NCBI GenBank assembly: GCA_963822945.1
Contig: CAWGJO010000020.1
Location: 736,001 to 800,000 of the forward strand
Direction: 5' to 3'
DNA from: an uncultured Gemmatimonadaceae bacterium
Lineage (GTDB): Bacteria > Gemmatimonadota > Gemmatimonadetes > Gemmatimonadales > Gemmatimonadaceae
DNA length: 64,000 nucleotides
In this document: positions 10,305 to 19,153 of the stretch, piece by piece
Layout of the letters: each line of letters starts with the position of its first letter
How positions within the stretch are numbered: the stretch's first letter is position 1
Made by a program: the position numbers and the translations under genes
Notes under the pieces: model-generated
What the model saw: only the letters and a program-made list of their open reading frames with translations
The model's database searches: none
What the model was told of the DNA's origin: nothing

Positions 10305-10596
10305 GCCCGGGGCCCTCGCGTCATCGGGGTCCACCTGTGGCCGGAGCCCAACGGACCCGACTGGAATTCAGGCAGCGACGAATGGGGAAATGCGCCTGCA
10401 ATCGACGCCAACTTGGCCTCCACGGGGGACGGATTGACCTTTCCCATCGGGTCCGGGCCGTGACCTCCGCCCGATAGCCGACGTCTATTCGGGGGATTAG
10501 ATTTCAGGGTTGCGTGGGCCGGGCGATATCCCGCCCAGCCACCTCCCCCGGCCCGTGCGCGGGCAGTTCCTGAATCAGAATTCTCCGGAGAGTTGC

Positions 10597-11349
10597 ATGC
10601 CAGGTTTCGGCATTTTGGCCGGCCGCTGGTGGATCCCGCTGTTGTTCGTCATCGTTGCCGGGCACATCACCAACGTCTGCGTGACGTTGTTCCTGCACCG
10701 GGCCCAGACCCACCGTGGCGTCCGCCTGCACTATCTGGCCGCACTCCCGATGCGTCTCTGGCTGTGGCTCACCACGGCCATCGTCACCAAGGAATGGGTG
10801 GCCTGCCACCGGAAGCATCACGCCTTTGCCGACCGTGAAGGCGACCCGCACAGTCCGCTCATCGAAGGACTGCGGAATATCGTGCTCAAGGGAGCCTTCT
10901 ACTATCGAAAGGCGGTTCGCCAACCGGGCATGCTCGACAAGTACGGCAAGGGAACGCCCAACGACTGGATCGAACGCCACCTGCTCTCGCGTCTCAACTG
11001 GCTCGGCATTCTGCTCATGCTGGCCATCGACATCTACCTGTTCAGCTTCATCGTCGGCCCGCTCGTGTGGGCTGTGCAGATGATGTGGATTCCCTTCTGG
11101 GCAGCAGGGGTGATCAACGGCGTGGGCCACGCGCTCGGCTACCGCAACTTCAACGTCAAGGACGAAAGCCGGAACATCGCGCCAATCGCCATCTGGCTTG
11201 GCGGTGAAGAACTGCACAACAATCACCACGCCGATCCGAAGTCCGCCAAGTTCAAGGCCAAATGGTATGAATTCGACATCGGGTGGATGTACATCCGGCT
11301 GCTGCAGCTCGTCGGGCTGGCCAAGGTCGAATACGCGCGCGGCCGGTAG
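10597..11349 (+). CDS. acyl-CoA (delta-9) fatty acid desaturase
   Basis: His boxes HRAQTH, HRKHH and HNNHH. GGAGAG RBS before ATG 10597. Confidence 0.92.
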   Translation: MPGFGILAGRWWIPLLFVIVAGHITNVCVTLFLHRAQTHRGVRLHYLAALPMRLWLWLTTAIVTKEWVACHRKHHAFADREGDPHSPLIEGLRNIVLKGAFYYRKAVRQPGMLDKYGKGTPNDWIERHLLSRLNWLGILLMLAIDIYLFSFIVGPLVWAVQMMWIPFWAAGVINGVGHALGYRNFNVKDESRNIAPIAIWLGGEELHNNHHADPKSAKFKAKWYEFDIGWMYIRLLQLVGLAKVEYARGR

Positions 11350-11376
11350 GCTGGTTGCACCCGTTAGCTTTCCGTC

Positions 11377-11655
11377 ATGGCAGACATCACTTGCACCCGT
11401 TGCGGCCAGACCCGGCCGGCCTTCGAACGCCCGCCCTTTCCGGGCGCCATCGGAGCCCGCATCGTCGCCCAGATCTGCCAGGACTGCTGGGGACTGTGGC
11501 TCAAGCAGCAGACCATGCTCATCAACCACTACGGGTTGAACGTCATGGATCCGCAGGCGCGCAGTTTTCTCACCAAGAATCTCGAAGCGTTTCTGTTCAA
11601 GGCCGGCCAGGAGGAGGACGTCGACACGAGCAAGAAAGGGTCGATTTCCTGGTGA
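11377..11655 (+). CDS. yggX: Fe(II)-trafficking / oxidative damage protection protein
   Basis: PPFPGAIGARI...WLKQQTMLINHYGL matches the YggX signature. Confidence 0.85.
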   Translation: MADITCTRCGQTRPAFERPPFPGAIGARIVAQICQDCWGLWLKQQTMLINHYGLNVMDPQARSFLTKNLEAFLFKAGQEEDVDTSKKGSISW

Positions 11656-11732
11656 CGCTTTAACCGGCGTGCCGACCGATTGACGGTCGGGTGCACGCCC
11701 GCTTACTTGTCTGCGCGCACAAGCAACGCACG

Positions 11733-11758
11733 AAGGGCCCCGCCATGGCGGGGCCCTT
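11733..11758. terminator. perfect 26-bp palindrome / hairpin after yggX
   Basis: AAGGGCCCCGCCATGGCGGGGCCCTT, weak U-tail. Confidence 0.55.
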
Positions 11759-11762
11759 GACT

Positions 11763-11783
11763 TTAGTGTCGCATTGCTACTAA
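11763..11783. promoter_or_regulatory. candidate NrtR-type operator (autoregulatory)
   Basis: TTAGTGTCGCATTGCTACTAA, a 21-bp imperfect palindrome directly after TTGACT and 7 bp before the nrtR-like start. Confidence 0.65.
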
Positions 11784-11790
11784 TTCGCGC

Positions 11791-12495
11791 GTGATGCGCG
11801 ACCGCCCCTCGTCAGACTCCCATCCCTCCGCGCGCCAGACCACGCTGTCCGTCGACGTCGTGGCCATCAGCCCACAGGCCAAGAGTCTCACCGTACTGCT
11901 CGCCAAGTCACCCGACTCGCGCGCCCGCGAGCGCTATATCTTGCCGTGGGATGCCCCCCGCGGTGAGGAATCGCTGGCCGACACGGCCATGCGCATCTCG
12001 CGCGCGACGACGGGGGTGGCGCCGGCAGCGGTCGAGCAGATCCGGGCCTTTGGCGACACCAAACGTCATCCCGGCGATGCCGAAGTTTCCGTCGGCTTCG
12101 TGGCGTTCGTGCCCCTTAGCGGCCACGCATTGTCCGACCCCGGCCTGGGATGGTTCGGTCTTGATGAACTGCCGACGCTGGCGCCCCGGCATCGCGCCAT
12201 TGTCGAAGCGGCATTCGCTATGATCCGCAGCCGAATCGACCAGTCACCGGTCGCCTTCCGGCTGCTGCCGCCGACATTCACGCTCAGCGAACTCCAGTCG
12301 ATCTACGAACGGTTGCTCGGACGGCGTCTGCACAAGGCGAGCTTTCGCCGGGCCCTCCAGGCGGCCTATCTGGTGGAGCCTACCGATGAGTGGCGCAGCG
12401 AAGGACGCGGCCGGCCCGCCCAGCTGTTCCGGTATGCCCCGAAGAAGCGCCGCAACAACCGCCGCGGCGTTCGGTTCGACCTTCTCACGGGCTGA
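11791..12495 (+). CDS. NrtR-family regulator (degenerate NUDIX + C-terminal winged HTH)
   Basis: LSVDVV, QIRAFGDTKRHP, LLPPTFTLSELQSIYE, FRR, GRGRPAQLFRY. Confidence 0.88.
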   Translation: MMRDRPSSDSHPSARQTTLSVDVVAISPQAKSLTVLLAKSPDSRARERYILPWDAPRGEESLADTAMRISRATTGVAPAAVEQIRAFGDTKRHPGDAEVSVGFVAFVPLSGHALSDPGLGWFGLDELPTLAPRHRAIVEAAFAMIRSRIDQSPVAFRLLPPTFTLSELQSIYERLLGRRLHKASFRRALQAAYLVEPTDEWRSEGRGRPAQLFRYAPKKRRNNRRGVRFDLLTG

Positions 12496-12541
12496 GTCCG
12501 CCCCCCCCCGTCGCGCGTCCCCGGCTTGACGACGCTCATGA

Positions 12542-12562
12542 TTAGTAGCAAGTTGTATTTAA
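12542..12562. promoter_or_regulatory. second copy of the candidate NrtR-type operator
   Basis: TTAGTAGCAAGTTGTATTTAA. Its first 10 nt and final TAA are identical to the reverse complement of 11763-11783. TTGACG at 12526. Confidence 0.5.
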
Positions 12563-12576
12563 GGTCGAATACCGCG

Positions 12577-12870
12577 ATGCTCGATTTTCTCGACTCCCTC
12601 TGCCGCGTGCTCGCGGCTCGCGATCAACTGGGCATCCGCCGCCAGCTGCGGCATCCGCTCGCCCGGGCCCTGCCTGTTCCAGTCCGCGTCGAGGTGAATG
12701 CAATCGCCCGGGCCGGCAAGCTCGGCCGTCTCCCGCCGACTCGGACCTTTCACTTCTACTACCAGACACTGCAATTGTTGACGCCGCCAGGCTTCCACGG
12801 CCTCGAGGACACATTCCCCGAGTCCACCGGCGATCATTCCCGAGCGAGGGACTTGGCCGCAACCCGCTGA
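12577..12870 (+). CDS. hypothetical protein (97 aa)
   Basis: Open frame with genome-like codon usage, preceded by a promoter-like AT-rich patch and followed by a hairpin. Confidence 0.65.
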   Translation: MLDFLDSLCRVLAARDQLGIRRQLRHPLARALPVPVRVEVNAIARAGKLGRLPPTRTFHFYYQTLQLLTPPGFHGLEDTFPESTGDHSRARDLAATR

Positions 12871-12880
12871 TGGCAACGGC

Positions 12881-12911
12881 AAAGCGCCCCGGCTCTCGCC
12901 GGGGCGCTCTT
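12881..12911. terminator. bidirectional intrinsic terminator
   Basis: AAAGCGCCCCGGC-TCTC-GCCGGGGCGCTCTT between convergent genes. Confidence 0.8.
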
Positions 12912-12931
12912 GTGTGACGGACATCTTCGGG

Positions 12932-13138
12932 TCAGACCTTCGTAACGTCAGCCGCCTGCGGCCCCTTCTGTCCCTCCACGATCTCGAATTCCACCCGATC
13001 GCCCTCGGCAAGCGATTTGAAGCCACTGCCCTGGATGGCACTGTAGTGCACGAAAACGTCGGGGCCGCCTTCACGAGAAATGAATCCGAACCCCTTTGCG
13101 TCGTTGAACCACTTCACGGTGCCGGTAATGCGAGCCAT
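12932..13138 (-). CDS. cold-shock protein
   Basis: [31 protein letters not shown]. Confidence 0.97.
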   Translation of the reverse strand: MARITGTVKWFNDAKGFGFISREGGPDVFVHYSAIQGSGFKSLAEGDRVEFEIVEGQKGPQAADVTKV

Positions 13139-13197
13139 GAAGACATGCTCCCTAATGGATTGGCGGCTGCGATCCTACGGTTGAAATGTTCGTCGCT

Positions 13198-13419
13198 TCA
13201 CGCCGCTCCGACCACGACGCCGGCTACGTAACGTGCTATCCGACCGCAGTCGCGGCAACGCAGGGTCACCTGGGAGCGGGGAGGGGCCGGGTTGGGGCTG
13301 GGGGTGCGTTCGATTTTTCCGGAGCAGGACGGGCAGCTGAGGGGTTCGCCACTCCGGTCACTTGCGATCAAATGCAGGGCTTGCGCTGGGTTGAAGGTTG
13401 CCGGTCTCGGCTTGCGCAT
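13198..13419 (-). CDS. small Zn-ribbon hypothetical protein (73 aa)
   Basis: GGAGG RBS before ATG 13419, CPSC...CRDC. Confidence 0.65.
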   Translation of the reverse strand: MRKPRPATFNPAQALHLIASDRSGEPLSCPSCSGKIERTPSPNPAPPRSQVTLRCRDCGRIARYVAGVVVGAA

Positions 13420-13731
13420 GAATCCTCCGTTGGCACTGCAAGGCTCAGAAACGAGTGCATGGACCCGCTTGGCCTGGAAGAGAGGTTGTTGGTAACGGCA
13501 AATCGAAGTTAGCCAATAGCTTCCAGAATCCGAATCACCGACCGGCCTCGCTACCGAACCACTCTTGCGAAATCGGGTCCTTTTGGCATACGCAGCCACG
13601 CTCGCAATCGCTGACCACGCCGGCCCGCTCCCGGATCCGGAATCCGGACCCAAGCGCTCGGCATCGATCCGGCGCAGCAACCAATGTGAGATTTCAGGGC
13701 GGCAGGGCTGCCGTTCTGCGATTTGCGCGGG

Positions 13732-14712
13732 CTACGGCCAGTCGTGCGGCCGCCGCCAGACGCGGTGTCCCACGCGCCAGGGCCGGCGGTCGGAGAACTC
13801 ACCGTCCGTTCCGAATTCTCCGTCGTCGGCGATGGACTCGAGCATGTCGTTCCCCTTCGCCGAGGCCTCGTCGGCCCAGTGCACGATCTCCGCTTCGGCA
13901 GTCATCGGCTGCACCGGACTACCGAACTCCAGGGCCCCGTGGTGCGACAAGAGCATGTGCTGGAGTTCCGTCAACTGCCCTTCGCCGCAGACGGTGGGCG
14001 ACGACCGGCCCACTCGCTCGGTGAGCATCAGGCATCCGAGCACGACGTGTCCGAGCAGGTTGCCCCGCGTGGTGTACGCGAAGGCGCCCCGATCGATGGT
14101 ATAGGCCTCCACCTTCCCGATGTCGTGCAGGAGCGCGCCGGCAACGGTCAGGTCCACGTTGGCCTGCAGCGCGCGAGCCGCGGACTTGGCGATCACCGTC
14201 ACTTCAACGATGTGCTTGAGCAGCCCGCCCATCTGCGCATGGTGCCCGACCACGGATCCCGGCGTCCGTTCGAACTGTTCGCGGAAGTTGTCGTCGCGAA
14301 AGAACAGATCCACCACCCGCCGGATGGTGGCGGACGACATCTCCGAGCGCGTGCGGTCGAGCCAGTCCCACAACCGCTCCGGGTCTTCGGAGATCCGCGC
14401 GACGAAGTCATCGAGCCGCACCTCATCCTGCGGGATCAGCCGCAGCGGGCTCGTCAGTTGAATTTGCCGCTTGCCGCGGAAGGCGCTCACGTCGCCGATC
14501 ACCTGGACTACGCGGCCCCGCTCCGCCCCTTCGGCCCAGGGCAGCTTGTCCGCCCAGATGGGCGCGGATTCGAGGCGACCGCTCGCATTTCCGAACGTGA
14601 GCACCACGAACGGGTCGCCGCTGGCCTGTTTCCGCTCCACGCGATCGAGCACCATCAGCTCATGCTGCACGCGCTGTCCGACGGCGAGTTGGGTCAGATC
14701 GAGAGGGGGCAT
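13732..14712 (-). CDS. yhaM: 3'-5' exoribonuclease YhaM family (OB fold + HD)
   Basis: N-terminal OB fold, GHHAQMGGLLKH, LLHDIGK, LLGH, SHHGALEFGSP. Confidence 0.88.
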   Translation of the reverse strand: MPPLDLTQLAVGQRVQHELMVLDRVERKQASGDPFVVLTFGNASGRLESAPIWADKLPWAEGAERGRVVQVIGDVSAFRGKRQIQLTSPLRLIPQDEVRLDDFVARISEDPERLWDWLDRTRSEMSSATIRRVVDLFFRDDNFREQFERTPGSVVGHHAQMGGLLKHIVEVTVIAKSAARALQANVDLTVAGALLHDIGKVEAYTIDRGAFAYTTRGNLLGHVVLGCLMLTERVGRSSPTVCGEGQLTELQHMLLSHHGALEFGSPVQPMTAEAEIVHWADEASAKGNDMLESIADDGEFGTDGEFSDRRPWRVGHRVWRRPHDWP

Positions 14713-14760
14713 GCGATCAAGTTAGCGCCCGCACGAAGCCGGGCCGTACCATTCTCCCGC

Positions 14761-14982
14761 CTAGGAGACGTACACGATATCGCCTTCATCACTGATGCCG
14801 AGTTCATGGATGGTTCCGCACACGCCGCACGTCTTCGTCGCCAGCCACGAGACGTTGAGGTTCTTGCGGAGATCGGCATCGGCCGGCTTCACCGCCAACT
14901 TCTTGTAGTTGTACTCGCCGCACACCTCGCAGGCGTGTGACCGTGCAATGCGTTCGGCTCGTTCTTTGGTGATCTTCGCCAC
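14761..14982 (-). CDS. small Zn-finger hypothetical protein (73 aa)
   Basis: CEVC...CGVC, GTG start abutting the SPFH stop, GGAG RBS. Confidence 0.8.
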   Translation of the reverse strand: MAKITKERAERIARSHACEVCGEYNYKKLAVKPADADLRKNLNVSWLATKTCGVCGTIHELGISDEGDIVYVS

Positions 14983-15969
14983 TCACTTCTCCGCCGGTGG
15001 CTTCTGCAGCATCTGCCGGAGACCGCCGAGTGCGCTGAGCACACCCGAGGCTTCCGATGGAAGAAACAGCGTCGTGCCCTTGCCCTCACTCAGCTTGGGC
15101 AGTGCTTCGAGGTACTTGAGCCCCAACAGATACGTCGACGCCTGGCCCTCCGGAAGCGCCGCCGCGATGCGCCGGATGGCTTCGGCCTCCGCGTCCGCCA
15201 TTGCCAGTCTGGCCTCGGCGAGGCCCTGGGCCCGCAGCACGGCCGCCTCCTTCTCGCCCTCCGCCTTACGGACCTGCGACTCGCGCGAACCCTCCGCCTC
15301 GAGGATCTGAGCCCGCTTGCTCGCTTCGGCGTTGGTCACGGCCGCCCGGCGCTCGCGCTCCGCGCGCATCTGCAGTTCCATCGACTGCTGAATGTCGCGC
15401 GGCGGCTCGATCGCCTGGAGTTCCACGCGCGTCACATCCACCCCCCAGCCGATCGAGGCCTCTTCGATCACTTCCCGCATCCGCTTGTTGATCTGATCGC
15501 GGCTGGCCAGGGTCTGATCCAGCTCCATCTCGCCGACGATGTTGCGCAACGTGGTTCTGGTGAGGGTCTCGAGTGCATAGGGCAGGTTCTGTACCGCATA
15601 GGTGGCCTTCTGCGGATCCGCCACCCGGTAGTACAGCACCGCGTCGATGTCGATGGTCACGTTGTCCTTGGTGATCACCGGCTGGCTGGGAAAGTTCAGC
15701 ACCTGCTCGCGCAGATCGATGCGGGCCGCCGAGCGCGAAGCGATGCGACGCTGCCCGCCCATGTCGGACTCCAGAAACCGCACGTCGATCGCGCGGGGTC
15801 GCTCGATGAACGGAATCAGGATGTTGAATCCGGAGCGGGCAATCCGATGAAAGCGCCCGAGCCGCTCGACCACCATGACCTCTGCCTGGCCGATGATCTT
15901 GAACGACTTCGACGCAACGAGCACTGCCAGGATGGCAACGACAATGAGGGGGACAAGGGCGTTGTTCAT
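14983..15969 (-). CDS. SPFH/Band 7 protein (QmcA/paraslipin-like)
   Basis: N-terminal TM, VVERLG, QPVITKDNV, QMRAERERRA. Confidence 0.93.
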   Translation of the reverse strand: MNNALVPLIVVAILAVLVASKSFKIIGQAEVMVVERLGRFHRIARSGFNILIPFIERPRAIDVRFLESDMGGQRRIASRSAARIDLREQVLNFPSQPVITKDNVTIDIDAVLYYRVADPQKATYAVQNLPYALETLTRTTLRNIVGEMELDQTLASRDQINKRMREVIEEASIGWGVDVTRVELQAIEPPRDIQQSMELQMRAERERRAAVTNAEASKRAQILEAEGSRESQVRKAEGEKEAAVLRAQGLAEARLAMADAEAEAIRRIAAALPEGQASTYLLGLKYLEALPKLSEGKGTTLFLPSEASGVLSALGGLRQMLQKPPAEK

Positions 15970-16017
15970 AGAATCTCCAGAGCGGGGTGCGCTACACGTA
16001 TGGATTGTACGCCGCGG

Positions 16018-16911
16018 TTACGACGGGAGCAACGAGGCCGCCCCATGCGAGGCCAGCCAATCGTACGTGAGGGCGAAGACGCGCTCCCTGCCGTAGTCCA
16101 CGGTGATTACGTGTCCGCCTTCGGACACCCACTCCAGTCGCTTGTCGGGGGCGGCGATCCGCGCCAGGGCCCTCGTCGCTACCCCCGGAGCTACGCGGTT
16201 GTCCTGGCGTGACTGGATGATCAACGTCGGCGCCCGGATGCCGCCCAGCGCCCGCGCGGCCGCATCCGCCGTGGCACGCAACGCTCGAACCGCTGCCGGC
16301 GTGAATACGCCGTACGCCAGCCCGCGCGCCTCGGCTGCGGGGTCGCGCACCGACCGGACGTCCTGCGACGGGAAGTAGGGCAGGACCACGCCGATCACGC
16401 GAGACAGGCCCGCTACCAGACGGAGCGCACGCGGGAGTTCCACGTATGGCGCAAGCAGCACAAGCGCCTGCGCGCCGGGGCGCTCGGCGGCGGTGAGCGC
16501 CGCCAGAGCGCCTCCCATGGACAGTCCCACCAGCCCCGTCCACGGCCGGCCGTAGGCCACGGTGTCGTACGCCGCCAGCGCGGCGCCCCGCCAGTCCGAC
16601 GATGTGACTCGCCGGAAGTCCCGTACGCCGCGCCCGTGTCCCGGCAACAGCGGCGCCGATACCGCAAACCCGCGGGCGTGGAGAAATTCCCCGAGCTCCC
16701 GCAGGGTCTGCGGCGTATCCCCAGCCCCGTGCAGCAGCAGCACCGCCGGCGCGCCCGGTCGATCCAGCACGAAGCCTTCCGCCCCTACGACGACCCCCGC
16801 CGCATCCCGCCTTCGCCCGGCGTCCGCGGCCTCCGTCCGGCGAGTGATCGTCCAGCGGACGACAGGTACCACGCTCGCCAGTACCACGAGCGCGATCAAC
16901 GTGGGCAGCAT
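16018..16911 (-). CDS. alpha/beta hydrolase (carboxylesterase/monoacylglycerol lipase-like)
   Basis: LLLHG, LPGHG, GLSMGG, D and H catalytic positions. Confidence 0.9.
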   Translation of the reverse strand: MLPTLIALVVLASVVPVVRWTITRRTEAADAGRRRDAAGVVVGAEGFVLDRPGAPAVLLLHGAGDTPQTLRELGEFLHARGFAVSAPLLPGHGRGVRDFRRVTSSDWRGAALAAYDTVAYGRPWTGLVGLSMGGALAALTAAERPGAQALVLLAPYVELPRALRLVAGLSRVIGVVLPYFPSQDVRSVRDPAAEARGLAYGVFTPAAVRALRATADAAARALGGIRAPTLIIQSRQDNRVAPGVATRALARIAAPDKRLEWVSEGGHVITVDYGRERVFALTYDWLASHGAASLLPS

Positions 16912-16948
16912 ACGACGACGATGAGCCGGAGCGCCGGACCGAAGCCGC

Positions 16949-19072
16949 TCAGTGCCCCGTAGCCTGACGAGCGGCGTTCAGCGCGGCCGTGGCCGCGTCG
17001 AAGTGCGCGGCGAGATCGGCGATCTCCTGCGCCGTCCGATCCGCGTCCCCGGCCCGCACGGCTTCGTTCACCGACGGAAAGACCATGTTCGCATACCCGT
17101 TGTCCTCGTCGGCCACGTAGATCAGGTTCCGGAACCACGTCCGGTTCTTGAGACCCTGCGGACGCGTGAGCGCACGCTCCACGTTTCGGAGCGCCGCGTT
17201 GGTGCTGGCCAGCACCTCCCGCGACGGCTCACCGGTGAGCAGCGCATCGCGCGCCGAGTCGAACGCCGCTGCTGCTGCCGCAAACCGATCCAGCGATGCC
17301 GCTACCGGCGCCATGGTGAACGACCAGTGTTTGGCCGTAAGGGCCCTGTCGATCGCCGGCAGATACGTCTTCATCGTTCGCGCGAACTCCGCGTAGTCGT
17401 ACGGAACGATGGGGGCGTCGGCGAGCCGCAGCACCATCGCGGCGCCGATTCGGCCGGCCGCGGCGTGATACTTGAATCCGGGATCACCGAACTTCGACAT
17501 CCACGTGAAGTCGTCGTACTGCGAGTGGTACACGCCCCCCGGGCCTCCGAATCCCCACTCGGCGATCGGAATGCCCAGATGGTTGTAGAATCCGGCGAAG
17601 TCCGACCCGCCGCCCGGATCGCCCATCGCCGGCTCGGCGGTATCGGCGACGCCCGCCGCCCGCCGCCACTGTTCGTATACGCTTCCCTTGCCGTTCGGAT
17701 CGGGAACTTCGCGAGCCACGTCCCGCAGAGTCGAGCGCAGCGACGGCGATCCGCCGCCGCCGAATGCCACCCCCTGCGCCGCCACGTCCTGATTGAGATA
17801 CGCCACCGCGCCGTGCAGGAGTCGGAGCGAATCGTCCTCCACGTACTCCGTCGACCCGATCAGCCCCCACTCCTCGGCGTCCCAGGTGGCGAAGACGATC
17901 GTGCGCAACGGGCGATGCCCACGCTTCACTTCGTCGGCCACGGCCCGCGCCGCCTCGAGCACGCTCACCGTTCCGCTCACGTTGTCGGCGGTGCCGGGCC
18001 CCCACGCATCGCGATGTCCGCCGATGATCACCATCTCATCGGGGAACTCACTCCCGCGCACGATGCCGAACGTGTCGTAGATCTTCTTGTAACCCCTGGT
18101 CGCGCGGTCGTCGCGCACTTCCACCCGGGCGCGAACGGGCCCCGGCCCCACGTGATAACGGAACGGGAGCCCACCCTGCCACGACTGCTGTGGAATCGTC
18201 GCGCCACGCAGGTCGCGCAGTAACAGCGCCGCATTGCCGTAGCTGATCGGAATCACCGGAATGTGCGGCACGTCCATCTGATCGAGCGGCAGCCGCTTGG
18301 CGCCGGCCACGCTCGGATAGCCGGGCGTCGACGGATCGCCATCCACATTGAGGATGCTCCCGCGCTGCACGCCGGTGGACGCGCGCATCGGTCCGTCCGG
18401 ATACACATCGCCGCGCACGTAGCCGTCGTCCTGCGGATCGCTGTAGATGATCAGCGCGATGGCGCCATGCTTCTCCGCTTCGCGTGCCTTGATCCCGCGA
18501 AAGCTGCGTCCGTATCGCGCAACCGCGATCCGGCCCTTCACCGAGACCCCGATCGAGTCGAGGTGCGCGTAATCCTCGATCAGTCCGTAGTTCACGTACA
18601 CCACGTCGCCGGTCACATCGCCGACGCCGCTGTATCCGTTCACCGTGGGGTACTGGGGAAGCGCCGACGTGGGATCGCCGGGCACCGGCGGCTCCGCGAG
18701 GTGCAGCTCCTTGGCGCCCTGGTCCACACGCCACAGGTGCACCGCCGTCGGGATCGGCATCCAGACCGTGTAGGTCCGCGTCTCCGTGTCGAGCCCCCAC
18801 TTCTTCATCTGCGCGATCACGTAGTCGCGGGTCCGTGCCTGTGCCGGAGTGCCGGACACGTGAATCTCACGGGACAGGTACTTGGAGTGGGCCTCGGCGC
18901 TGGCCGGTGAGGGCACGGCGATGGCGCTCGCCTCGAGCGCACGCTCGCGTTGGGCCGACGTGGCCGTGTAGCCGGACATTTGCTGCGCGGCGGCCGGGAG
19001 TGGGAGCAGGAGGAGGGAACTGACAAGGAAACGCCGAATCGTCACGGAGAACTCGCGGAAAATGGTATCCAC
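16949..19072 (-). CDS. M28 peptidase, glutamate carboxypeptidase II-like (PA + TfR dimerisation domains)
   Basis: GGHRDAW, ADNVSG, WDAEEWG, GSDF, YHSQYD, signal peptide. Start uncertain. Confidence 0.92.
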   Translation of the reverse strand: MDTIFREFSVTIRRFLVSSLLLLPLPAAAQQMSGYTATSAQRERALEASAIAVPSPASAEAHSKYLSREIHVSGTPAQARTRDYVIAQMKKWGLDTETRTYTVWMPIPTAVHLWRVDQGAKELHLAEPPVPGDPTSALPQYPTVNGYSGVGDVTGDVVYVNYGLIEDYAHLDSIGVSVKGRIAVARYGRSFRGIKAREAEKHGAIALIIYSDPQDDGYVRGDVYPDGPMRASTGVQRGSILNVDGDPSTPGYPSVAGAKRLPLDQMDVPHIPVIPISYGNAALLLRDLRGATIPQQSWQGGLPFRYHVGPGPVRARVEVRDDRATRGYKKIYDTFGIVRGSEFPDEMVIIGGHRDAWGPGTADNVSGTVSVLEAARAVADEVKRGHRPLRTIVFATWDAEEWGLIGSTEYVEDDSLRLLHGAVAYLNQDVAAQGVAFGGGGSPSLRSTLRDVAREVPDPNGKGSVYEQWRRAAGVADTAEPAMGDPGGGSDFAGFYNHLGIPIAEWGFGGPGGVYHSQYDDFTWMSKFGDPGFKYHAAAGRIGAAMVLRLADAPIVPYDYAEFARTMKTYLPAIDRALTAKHWSFTMAPVAASLDRFAAAAAAFDSARDALLTGEPSREVLASTNAALRNVERALTRPQGLKNRTWFRNLIYVADEDNGYANMVFPSVNEAVRAGDADRTAQEIADLAAHFDAATAALNAARQATGH

Positions 19073-19153
19073 GAATTAAGCCGTCCCTCGTCCTCGGGCA
19101 ATGGCTGCGCACGGAACCCCCGTGCCGTCAACCCGGTGTCCGCCCCTTCCGTC

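Noticed and set aside
10300..10480. Resemblance to SAM-I (ctatc..ggcggagg..ggccc), cobalamin (GGGAA..GGT.AATCC) or HDV-like (CGAATGGG) RNAs
   Set aside because: Essential elements are missing (AAGAG/GCAACC, the B12 box, and the P2/P3 pairings). Kept only as an unclassified structured candidate.
12501..12509. C9 homopolymer upstream of the 97-aa gene
   Set aside because: It is intergenic and outside the putative promoter spacer, with no evidence of phase variation.
13630..13650. CCGGAT/CCGGAA micro-repeats
   Set aside because: Too short, with no spacer periodicity. Not CRISPR-like.
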